A stretch of DNA of 64,000 nucleotides from assembly GCA_965644295.1 (NCBI GenBank), contig CBFFRP010000434.1, positions 1-64,000 of the forward strand, written 5' to 3'. This DNA is from Paraphysomonas bandaiensis. Taxonomy: Eukaryota > Protista > Chrysophyceae. Below the pieces are notes generated by a model, which was not told where the DNA came from, did no database searches, and saw nothing but the letters and a program-made list of their open reading frames with translations. A program made the translations under genes and the position numbers. Positions 53,488 to 64,000 of the stretch are shown here, piece after piece (position 1 is the stretch's first letter; each line of letters begins with the position of its first letter).

Positions 53488-55731
53488 ATGACCAGTAACA
53501 GTAACAGCGGGTCCCTTGAGGAGGCCCTATCATGTCAGTTGTTCAATAGCCGCCCTCAGATAGCCATACTTGACTTCGGATCACAGTACAGTCATCTCAT
53601 CGCCCGCAGAGTCAGAGAAGTTCATGTCTTCTGCGAGTTGTTCTCATGTACTGTGGATGTGGAGACCCTGTCGAGGTGCACGGTGTGCGGGATCATCCTA
53701 TCGGGAGGACCCTCATCAGGTACTGCTGCCCCTCCTGTGAGTCATTCTCTCATTGGGTGATCATGTAGTCTATGACCCTGAATCTCCTCATATTAAACCT
53801 GAAGTTTGGGAATTTATTGAATCCAACAATATTCCAGTACTCGGCATTTGCTATGGGATGCAGGAAATCACCCATAAGTATGGGGGAACCGTTGCACCTT
53901 CTGCAGGTAGAGAATTTGGTCGGTCACACATTATAAAGGCAACAGAAGAGTCATGTGTGGAGGCAGCGGACCTTATTTTCCACAATGTTGATCATTCACA
54001 GATGTGGATGTCACATGGGGACAAAGTCACTACTCTTCCTCAAGGTTTTGTTCGAATTGCGCACACTAGCAACTCCGAGAATGCAGGTTTAAGTCGTATT
54101 CATTTTCTATATCATCTCAATGTACTATTTAGCTATTGCCTGTTTGGGTCGCAAAGTGTTTGGCCTTCAATTTCACCCGGAAGTTACCCATTCTGTAAAG
54201 GGTTTGGAAATCCTACGGAATTTCGTTGTGGGAGTGTGCTGCTGCCCAACAGACTGGAATATGGCGGATATAGCACAGGAATTTATAAGAGACGTCAGTG
54301 ACGATTTTAATATATACATTCACTTTGTAACTTTTCTTCAGGTCAGGGAGTTAGTTGGACCAGATAAAAACGTCATCGGGGCAGTGTCTGGCGGCGTTGA
54401 TAGCAGTGTGGCTGCAGTGTTGATGCACCGGTACTATTCCTTCGATTTGGAGTATTTAATGTAATACTACTGACGTAGGGCAATAGGAAATCGATTTCAT
54501 GCTATTATGGTTGATAATGGGTGTCTAAGAAAGGACGAATCAGCTCAGGTATTAGTGTATAATGGCCATCTAAATTGTTGAGGTACTTCAATCAGGTCGT
54601 GAAACGCTTACATGATTCTATGGGGATTAATCTCCACTTGGTCGATGCATCCGATCGCTTCGTAACTGCTCTACATGGGGTGGTGGACCCAGAGCTAAAG
54701 AGGAAAACTAGTGGAGGGTTGTTCATCGATGTTTTTCAGGAAGAGGCGCACCGTATCGGTCAAGTTGACTTTCTCCTTCAAGGAACTCTTTATCCTGATG
54801 TAATAGAGTCGGTCTCGTATAAGGTAGTCGACTGGGTCTTATTTCTCGTTTTGACGGATTATAGGGACCTTCAGCGACGATAAAAACGCACCACAACGTT
54901 GGAGGTCTTCCAGCAAGCATGAAGCTAAAGTTAATAGAGCCGCTAAGGTTAATACATTGGATATGTTATCTTCATTTACTAAATGCTTGACAGGGAACTT
55001 TTCAAGGATGAGGTCCGAGAGCTTGGAATTGCTCTCGGAATAGGTGAGAGCATAAAATTTGCCACAGACTCATTATGTCATTGTCAATTTCATCATAGAT
55101 GAGGAGTCGGTATGGAGACATCCATTTCCTGGACCAGGCCTGGCAATACGGTATGTGCACCATTATTATAGTTGCGATGGAATTAATGGGAATGACAGTG
55201 TTATTGGTGCTATTACTAAATCGCGTCTGGATATTCTGCGACAGGCGGACGCCATCCTCACTGAAGAGTTAGTGACTGCAGGCATTTACAGGTTGCACAT
55301 TTTAGAAACAACAGTTGATATATTTATAATTTCGAGATATTAGGGAGATAGGACAGGCGTTCGTTGTTCTACTTCCTGTGTCAACGGTTGGTGTGATGGG
55401 TGATTGCAGGACATATGAAAATGTATGTTTATGTCAGTCTTTGTAGTCAGCTAATTATATATGGCAGGTTTGTGTGATTCGGTGTGTCACCACAACAGAT
55501 TTTATGACAGCAGATTGGTATGTTATTTTTACTTGTGGTATAGCTAACTTCATTTGACCAGGTACCATATGGATTACGATTTGATCGGCCGGATCTCGGG
55601 CAGAATCATAAATGAGGTGTGTATTGAGTCAAGACTTTACAGCGTGTTTTAAGTTGTTGTAGGTCCGGGGTATTAATCGAGTGTGCTATGACATTTCGTC
55701 AAAGCCTCCTGCAACTATTGAGTGGGAGTAG
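53488..55731 (+). CDS. GMPS: GMP synthase (glutamine-hydrolysing), about 13 short introns
   Basis: [86 protein letters not shown]. Confidence 0.98.
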
Positions 55732-57649
55732 CGCATGTGAATTATGTTACGGAAACTTCTTTGTAAGGTTAACATTACTAGTCCAGCGTACGAATTTTCA
55801 GCTCAAAATTGTTTGGTATTAAGTCACGAATGGAGTTATTGTCATACAGAAATGTTAACAATAATATGTACCAGTACTGTAGAATAAGCATATGTACATC
55901 ACCATAATGTTGTCAAGCAAAGTATGTAGTTTTTCTATTACGGTGCCGGTCTTGTTATTTAGGTAGGTACTATAATTAAAGAAAGCTGTCAACGTTATAT
56001 GTAAAGCTTGATATAAATAACACACAGAGAGAATTTTTGGAACTGAATAGGCTACAAAGGTAGTTACATTCTACTAAAAGCGATAAACGTGTTCAGAACT
56101 AGCTACATGAACGAGTTATGTTATGCACAAAACATTCCACAACATTCTGTGGTATCCCTAATTCACTGAACCTTAAGATAATTCATGTAAATGAAAATAA
56201 TACACATACGAAGAATATATAATATATCTGACTGTACAGTCTTATGCAAAGCTCAATATTTTTCACATGGAGTCTTAAAAATTTCCATGTAAGTAAAATA
56301 CTATTTTACTTACATATGGAAACATGCTATGGAGTTCACATATTGTATTTACCAATTACATGTTGTGCAAGCCTGTTGGAAGTGATACCTATATAATTAC
56401 TGGATACTCTTTAAAACTGGATAAATACGTATATAATTACTGGATAATCCCGTGATAAAGTTTACGTTGTGAAGAGGTTTTGATTAATGATGGTGGGCAG
56501 TGCTGATGAATTTGACGAAAAGTTATAATTATATTTAACAATAAGTTCTGAGAGGCTACAATGTTCTGCGGTCAATAATAATATTATCTTGAAACAAGAG
56601 GGACGATAATCTTTATTTCAAGGTTAAGTGTTGTAGTTTATCTCCATGATGATATGAAAATGCTACGTTTTAAAATAAAAGTTATTAAAGGTAATGGGAT
56701 GTCATTTTCCTTGCAGCAATATATGAGTGTTTTACCAATATATAGACAACATAGGGATCATATAATTATATTTAACCACGACGGGTAATAAGAAGCTATA
56801 TATCGTCCACTCTCAATTTTGAAACGAAGGCAAAAAATCGAGTTTTAAAACTTGGATAAGTAAGTATAACCTATAGAGGTGAAAGTGTAACTTCTCCTCA
56901 TCATTGATGATAAAAAACTAATATCTAGATATTGTATAGCTATTTGTAGCTAGCTTTCTGTTAGTGAAAATAAGTATTCTCTGATTAACACTAAAAGAAA
57001 TGAAATGAATGATCAAAGTATTGTTTCAAATCATTGATATCTCTACATAAGCTTTTAGAGAATATAGCAATACTCGATTGGCTCAAAACAATAACACCAA
57101 ATTTCTACGCCAAGAGGTAAATAATAGCAACGCGAGGTAGAATTTGAAACGTGTAGTCGCGCAAGAAGGCTTCTTGTTGTCATTAGCATCGTCACAGCAA
57201 TGTACGTCACGCTTAACCCCTGTTATTGTAACGAACTTGCATGCTGTGTGTGTATGATACGAGACACACTATCCTTGAATGTACTAGGTGCCGCTACTCC
57301 TAATTACTTCAGCAATATATTATGTGGTGCATGAACTCTCCTGTAATATTCTTGAAGTGTAGTTTCGAAGTCCTGATTATGAATATAGATTATTAGCACT
57401 GATCATTATGATCTTCTACACCAGAGGAAGGGTGAAATAAAACTTAGAGTATTTGATCTGCTTTTGAAAGTGAAATCATGAAGGCATGGAGTCATCATTA
57501 TTGTGGTTTCTTTAAAATTATAAAATTTTACAGTATTTACTGCATTATGTTAGTAATAATACACAGTAAAATAGCGATATTATAGCACTGGGATTGTAGA
57601 AAAGCATCATTTAACATTTTATGGTATCTATTTTATTGGCTCTCTACTA

Positions 57650-57870
57650 CTACTAGTCAATTTCTTATAATTTCCTGGTCACACCTAAAATGGTGTAAAA
57701 ACCTGGTGAAGTGGTTGAAAAATCTAGTCATTTAATAATTCATATTTTCCGTTTACAATGACTGAGGTTGACTAGGGTGACTACGGTGACTCGGTTGACT
57801 AGGTGTTTATTGTATTCACCTCTACTAGTCAAAAATAAAATTTTCATTCAAACATTAATGAATGCAGGTA
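57650..57870 (+). repeat. Repeat family B, copy 2 (possible DNA-transposon terminal region)
   Basis: Inverted match to 8760-8930; several CTAGTCA/TGACTAG motifs; lies downstream of the SWIM relic. Confidence 0.65.
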
Positions 57871-58149
57871 TTGTACAACAAATGCAATACATCACATTTC
57901 ATCTTCGCACTTAAACGAGAATTGGGCAGTTTCTCGTGACCAAGTTCGGTTTAGTTTGAAGCCCCCTTCATTTCATGGGCATCGAACCCCACTATCTTAT
58001 GATGCGCAAGGGTGTCATCAGGGGCATCAGAGAACCGACACTGCTATCATCGAAGATATTTTTATTCGTGCAATTAGACACTATATGTGGTAATCCTTGC
58101 ACATACCATTCAGGTTCTGGGGGTGGCGAGCGTATGTGTTCTTCCAGTA

Positions 58150-58430
58150 CCGTGGCCTGCGGGCTCATCGATGGATTCGTCGTTGATAAGGGCTCTTGCT
58201 GCATTGCGAGACCGGCCGCATTTTCTAGCAGGCCTGATCAAGCTCTACATATGCTTCACATAACAATGTCCCCTGATGACAAAAATAAGGAATGTAGAGA
58301 ATTATAAATGTATTACACATACCTCACAGGTGATGTACGGCTAGCGAGTGATGGCAGCATCGACCATTGTCCCAAAACCGCGGACAGCTGCAAACAAGAG
58401 AGGTATAGGTCTTGCGCTTCCTTTGACTAG
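58150..58430 (-). pseudogene. SWIM zinc-finger relic, probably a Mutator-like (MULE) transposase C-terminus
   Basis: VCSCPRFWDNGRCCHHSLAVHHL (CxCxnCxH), an intron-like GTATGT...CATCAG, then RKCGRSRNAARALI; stop codons present. Confidence 0.6.
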
Positions 58431-58431
58431 G

Positions 58432-58699
58432 TATTTACACTAAAAATAGTATAACTAGAGTAGGTTGGTCAACCTATTTGACTTCGTTGAATAATGTTTA
58501 CCATATTTTATTCTACAAATCATATCTTAAGCAGCTACTATATTTTCATTTTTTTGTATATTTAATACCTACTCATATTATTGCCCTGAAGATTCTGTAT
58601 ATCATTACTACATAGTATACAGAGGATAGCTACTAGCGATAGACTTCAACAAGCTAAAAGTACCAAAGTATGTACGTAGGAGTTGGTTGTAGTTTAATA
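58432..58699 (-). mobile_element. Diverged solo LTR of the copia family at 1508-6647
   Basis: Reverse complement begins TATTAAACTACAACCAACTCCTACGT, contains GAAAATATAGTAGCTG.TTAAGATATGATTTGTAGAA and ends GTAAATA. Confidence 0.85.
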
Positions 58700-59118
58700 A
58701 GAATAACGCAATGACTGTCAACATTCAATATCATAATTAAGACGGGGGTAGTTTTCGTTTGAATTGAATATTAAAGCTAAATGTCTATATTTGCCCGATG
58801 CTAATATGACCGTTCTGTTGAGCCCAATTCAGGTCAAAAAACACTTTTTCGAGACAGCATAGAAATAAATATATAAAAAAGGTGGCCGCAACAGTTCAGT
58901 ACATATGAACTAATAACTGTATTTTATTACTTTCTTTCTGAGCAAGTTATTCCCACTGCTAATACGCGGAATATGATATGCAAAGGGCCAGAAAAGGGAC
59001 TGCATTTCCAACTACAAAACAGTTCTTATAAACATGGACTCGTAAACTGATGCAATCATTTTCATATCAAAGCGAAATCGACCAAATAATCCAAATAATA
59101 TAGTTAACAACTGAATAT

Positions 59119-60445
59119 TTATTCGAATCCGGATCCGCCGTGCGAAAGGTGCTTGTCAGCACGTTGCTGTCGGCGGTGACTGTTGCGCAACTTGTTTCTG
59201 TACGAATGCATAAAGCGCATGTCATCTCTTGATTCAGCAGCTTCAATATCACCGGGGTCAACATATTCAACCTCCAAAATATCTCTGAAATCTTGTTAGC
59301 CATGCAAGAGGTATTCTAAAATATTACACTTACCGTACTACAGGATAACATTTGAGGGCTGAGTGAAATCCATCCTTCAACACATCCCGAAGTGTGGACA
59401 AAACCAGAATCTCCGTAAATGAATTCACAGTTACATCAGCGCCAATCATTCGGACGCTTTCCGAAGGTGGGAAGCCGTGCAGAATCCAATCTTCTACACT
59501 CTTAAGAGCTGCTTTGCGCTCTTTCTTGTCTCGCTTGGACACACGCTTGCTACTGTCCCTTATAATCTGTCGGATGGAGTCTAAAGCACTATCCACTACA
59601 GTGGGATCATCACAAAGAAGGCCCCCACTCACATCGGTAGAGACATTAGGAGCGACTTTGTCAGCAATCTCCCACATGTAAGCAAGGCACCCGCCAGATA
59701 TGATTTTGTGCTCAGTTTCAGATTCCTCTAAAAGAGCTGCGGCACGAGCAAACACTGAATTCTTACATCGCTGTAATATTACGTCTGGGGGCATGGTCGA
59801 CGACAGTAGGCACCACGCCTGTAGAGCAACGGCTTGAAGAGACGTGGGAACATAAACTCCTTCTGACGCCTGGGATATGACTTCTTCACAAAAATTCAAT
59901 GCATCATACCCATCACTCGCGCAAATAAAACACACAAACGATACGGCTTTTACGGCCCAGCACCTTAAGTCGTGATATTCACTTCTTGTAATTGCGTATT
60001 TCAATGCTGGAAAATATGCTTCAAAAAAAGAATCCTCATCAGGTCCCATTTCCAAGGCGAGTACACATAGTATTTGTACAGCGAGAATCCCCTCTTTTTC
60101 AGAACTCGCACTCCGAATTAAACGAACCAGTGCACGGTTCAAAGTTTCCATATGACCACGGACGCTGTCAGACACATCACAATTAGATTGGAGACATTTC
60201 AGGGTTCCATTGAGTGCTTGCATTCTGGTTGCAGATTTCTTTTCGTTTAAGTTATCAATGTGCTCGGACAGCATGTCAGCAGCAGATGAACTCTCATCAT
60301 ATACCTCGTCATAAGGAGCCTCTCCGCAGCTGCCCACCTGAGACACACACGAGGCCACCTCATAGTCTATGTCATTGTCAGAGTACTCATTATCCACTGC
60401 TTTAGATTTCTTTGATTCGTTTCCCTTCCGCTTTCCCTTCCCCAT
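59119..60445 (-). CDS. IFRD1: Interferon-related developmental regulator (IFRD family), one intron
   Basis: IDNLNEKKSATRMQAL, ALQAWCLL, SSKRVSKRDKKERKAALKSVE, LRDVLKDGFHSAL...VR|DIL; basic C-terminal tail. Confidence 0.85.
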
Positions 60446-61057
60446 GACAGCCTCTCCTGTTACACTCTTATATTAACTGATACTGAATAGGGAGATTGTT
60501 ATCTTATATCAGCCATAGAGGACAACAAATTAATATCAACAGGGAGCCTTTGATTGTTCCAGACACTCTGTTGTAGAGGGGCATGTACATCTCATGAGTG
60601 AATGCTTTGGAATCGCTCGCTGCTATACACACACCTCACAGTACAGCAGTACAGCAGAGTACAGTGTATTCACTCGTTCATATGGTACCCGCCGTATCGT
60701 AAGCAAATACGCGGAAGAAAAATATATGCAACAGCTTCATATTCCGTCAGCAAAAAGAAGCCATATGCGTCACATGTATATATACTCTATATATCGTACT
60801 CACCAGCACCACCAACACGAACAGTATACCGCAGTCACTGTAGTCAAATCACGACAGTATCATCACCAGAGCACTGCTGTATATAGGAGGTATGTGCAAC
60901 AGTGTATAAACATTTTATGTATGGAATGTTGTGGATGGGATGGAGGTGTGTATTGCCGCTATACATCACTATATACTATCATAGTAAACTGCACAACAGA
61001 CCCACTCACCAACCAAATTCTCTGGTGGCATAAATACTTTTAATAAACTAGCTGGAC

Positions 61058-61722
61058 ATGTTGTCGCGTCGCTTGTGTTCATTGCAGCATCATGCTGGAC
61101 AGGCAGCTAAATTTGCGCACCGGCACAGCCGCCTGTGCAGTTCAGTCAAATTCACTGACGATCAGCCCAAGCCCACTAGCCTCTCTGTTATTTTGGATCG
61201 TGCTGCGAATAGGTATTTACTTGGAGAATTTTTTACTGGACTGTGGTGCCTCTGCAGCGTATCAACGTTGCCACCATGGACTATAAATTACCCATTTGAA
61301 AAAGGCCCATTGAGTACGAAATTTCGCGGTGAGCATGCGTTGAGGCGATACCCGAGTGGCGAAGAACGCTGCATTGCGTGCAAACTCTGTGAAGCCGTTT
61401 GCCCGGCTCAGGTACTTTTTACTTTATTGTTTACGTTTTTCTGAGATTTACTCTTATTTAGGCGATTACTATCGATACATTGGAGCGACCTGATGGAAGT
61501 CGTCGTACTACACGTTATGATATCGACATGACAAAGTGTATTTATTGTGGATTTTGCCAGGAAGCATGCCCTGTGGATGCAATTGTTGAAGGTCCTAATT
61601 TTGAATTCGCTACCGAAACACACGAGGAGCTTTTGTACAACAAGAAGAAGTTACTCGCTAATGGCGATCGATGGGAAGTCGCTATTTCAAAAAATCTTGC
61701 TGTAAATCACTACTATGGCTAA
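61058..61722 (+). CDS. NDUFS8: Complex I 2x[4Fe-4S] subunit (TYKY/NuoI), one intron
   Basis: [30 protein letters not shown]|AITI...[31 protein letters not shown]; mitochondrial presequence. Confidence 0.98.
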
Positions 61723-63607
61723 GCAAGGAGTAGCTACAATAGAGGTGCTGCACATGCGGTGCAGTGCGCCTGCTGTTTTTGTAATTGTCAGATGTAGTAG
61801 TCGTTTTCGACTTAGCTATGGTCATCGTAAATAATCATTAAGAGGAATATCACTGCTGATTTCTGCGCTGAGCTTATATCAAGTACATGGTTTTAGATGG
61901 TTAAAAAGCCCATATTTGAAGTAGACATTTATTTGACACCCAGAAGTACGTAGTCTTATATTATTTCTTATCTATCAGCACGAGCATTACTATTGCATTA
62001 GGGCAGAATTCGTCTTCGATATCTGTTATTTTTAGAGAAACTTAGAGTTTTCTTCTTTTAACTTCGTAATTAAGATGGCGAAGTATGATGTGACCATAAA
62101 CTTTGTTCTATAAATAGTGTTAGAACTACCAACTACCGTAACTACCAAGTATATTTAGTGTTCAGCGGTTCAGTAGGTCGTAGGTCATCAGGAGTATTGC
62201 ATTTCCGATATTCCGTCATTTAATTTCTCAGCTTACCTCTCTTTTATTTAATTTTTACATGCATTGTCGGTATATCTTGTACTACATCTCTAAATACTTT
62301 ACACTGAACATTATAAACAAAGAAATTAATTCCTCCTGTTTAAAACAACTGCAACAGAAGAATCTCGCAACTACTCTCCTTTCTCCACATACCAGCTAAA
62401 AAGAGAATGACTACCAGGTTATACTACACGGCGTGTTATATTCATTCCAATGTTTAAAAATGTAACAGAACGCAAATACATAACACATAAATGGTCGTAA
62501 CTCGAAACAGGACCAGCTAAAACCACTAAATGATAGGCCTATTTGGGTAATAGGTTTCCTTCAGTCGAAACACAGAATGACATCATTCAACTCTCTTGTA
62601 GAATGATAGTATTACAATATCAGTGTGGTATCAACAGCATATGTTCATACAATCTATCTTCAGCTGAAGGTTTTAGTTTTCGATACCTCAGATAAGCTGC
62701 ACGAGAATTCCAAAACAGTGTTTAATGCTTTTTTTGATGTCGCCTGTGGTGGCTATTTTGATTGTTATTCCAATTCGTATGTGTACTATGTGGATGTAGT
62801 GAACTGACTTCCATTTGCGAGTTTATGACGTGTGTTGCTGAAGTTATTTCGCATTGTGATTCGTTCGTTGAATAATACAGACATATAGCCACAGAAACAC
62901 ATATAAGACTAAAATTTTGTGCCGGCTGCTCGCTCACACCCTTCGTCATATGAGCTGCTCCAATGTACGTGCGCAGATTCTGCGAGGTCACCTACCGCTC
63001 CCACCCGGATTAGCCTTCCCTCTCCCTCAAAAAATGATACGCGCTTCTCGTCATCATGTATGGTCACGCAAGTCAGCGTTTATTCGGTGCCGCACACATA
63101 AAATACACCGGGGTTCAAGTAAATAGCTGTTCGTTGCTGGTTTACTCGATACTATCACTCCACAAGGAGAAGCCCTCAGAACGGGATACATACACCTACC
63201 ATTAGCCGATGAGGTTCTTAGTCTCTGGTTTGAGTCGTTCGGACTGTCGCTGTCAGCTCCAACTCTTTAGAACAGAGTGGAGTGCCCTGAGCGAGCCGAA
63301 GATCTGCGCGCATCCGTCCCTACAGATATACTGGTATACGGCGGTATACGGAGTATACGAAGGCGTGCAGTTGTGATGACCTGCCAACGTACAAAAATTA
63401 GAGTATACTCTGTATACCGTACAGTACGCGCTCTACGTCCTTGTGTATTGTATTCTACCCAGAGCGTTGCATTGAGCGAGATACTGCTGTACATGTTGTT
63501 GCGTCTGCTGTCTGCTTGCATATTCATAGTAGAGTGGCTTTGCCGTTTCTTTGATTTATTTTGTTTCAATAGTTCGTAACTCCTTCATATAGTTTATATA
63601 TCCACCA

Positions 63608-64000
63608 ATGATTGGCTCCAAAGCTGTCGTCTTTGTATTATTCACGTGCTTTACTGCTTCTGCTGCAGTGAAACTTGCTGGTGAATGCTATAGCCAATGC
63701 AACTCACTAAAAAGAGAAGTATTAACTCTTGAGATGTGCAGGTATATTGCACTTACATAGAGATAACTGTGTTGTTTTTGACTTTGCAACGCAGAGATGC
63801 GAAAAAAGTACTTCCACGGCCGAAAGTAGGAGACTTTTGTACCCGTGCAATGGAAAATGGATTCAAGGATGCATGTTATGCACTATGCCAAGATACAAAA
63901 CCTGTGCCGAGAGTGGCCCAGTCATGTCGTGCTGCGGCTGTTGAGCTTCCCCGGCCAACCATCCGAAAATGGTGCGAGCATGGATATAGGGAGGGCTTCA
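63608..64000 (+). CDS. Secreted Cys-rich protein, paralog of the 18047 gene (intron 63742-63794; runs off the window)
   Basis: MIGSKAVVFVLFTCFTASAA...CYSQCNSLKREVLTLEMC|RDAKKVLPRPKVGDFC...CRAAAVELPRPTIRKWCEHGYREGF. Confidence 0.85.

Noticed and set aside
62900-63025. RNase P/MRP-like P4 pairing (GGGAAGGCUAA...ACAAAAUUUUAGUCUUA)
   Set aside because: Lacks the bulged U, spacing is only ~100 nt, and there is no MRP CCCC/GGGG; kept only as an unexplained region
63200-63220. TAGCCGATGAGGTT resembling the U4 snRNA K-turn
   Set aside because: Flanks show no U6-pairing sequence or Sm site
1-64000. CRISPR arrays, rRNA, tRNA or prokaryotic systems
   Set aside because: Spliceosomal eukaryotic DNA; no repeat-spacer array or recognisable tRNA/rRNA seen by eye

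Overview
Gene-dense, intron-rich eukaryotic DNA. Most introns are 40-55 nt GT-AG and the genetic code is standard. The overall style suggests a protist, possibly a stramenopile; that is inference only. The window opens with a Ty1/copia LTR retrotransposon (about 1508-6647) whose LTRs end TATT...AATA rather than TG...CA. About 17 host genes follow: thioredoxin, TIM10, PFKFB, a SET methyltransferase, RPL21, a cNMP-binding protein, WAPL, CPSF73, a pseudokinase-IQ-FN3 protein, TLK, ASF1, GMPS, IFRD, NDUFS8, two paralogous secreted Cys-rich proteins and unknowns. Most are arranged head-to-head, and transposon relics sit mainly in tail-to-tail gaps. Four observations stand out. (1) An apparent promoter code: a 9-10 bp TACAGCAGT(A) motif upstream of many genes, and 0.3-1 kb (TATG)n arrays in promoters that lack it. 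(2) Tousled-like kinase sits head-to-head with its known substrate ASF1. (3) An unannotated secreted protein family with a duplicated C-x6-LP[RK]P-x5-C module. (4) A non-canonical copia family with a solo LTR abutting a SWIM/MULE relic. Gene models were read by eye, so exon boundaries are approximate. The first ~4 kb may contain assembly errors.
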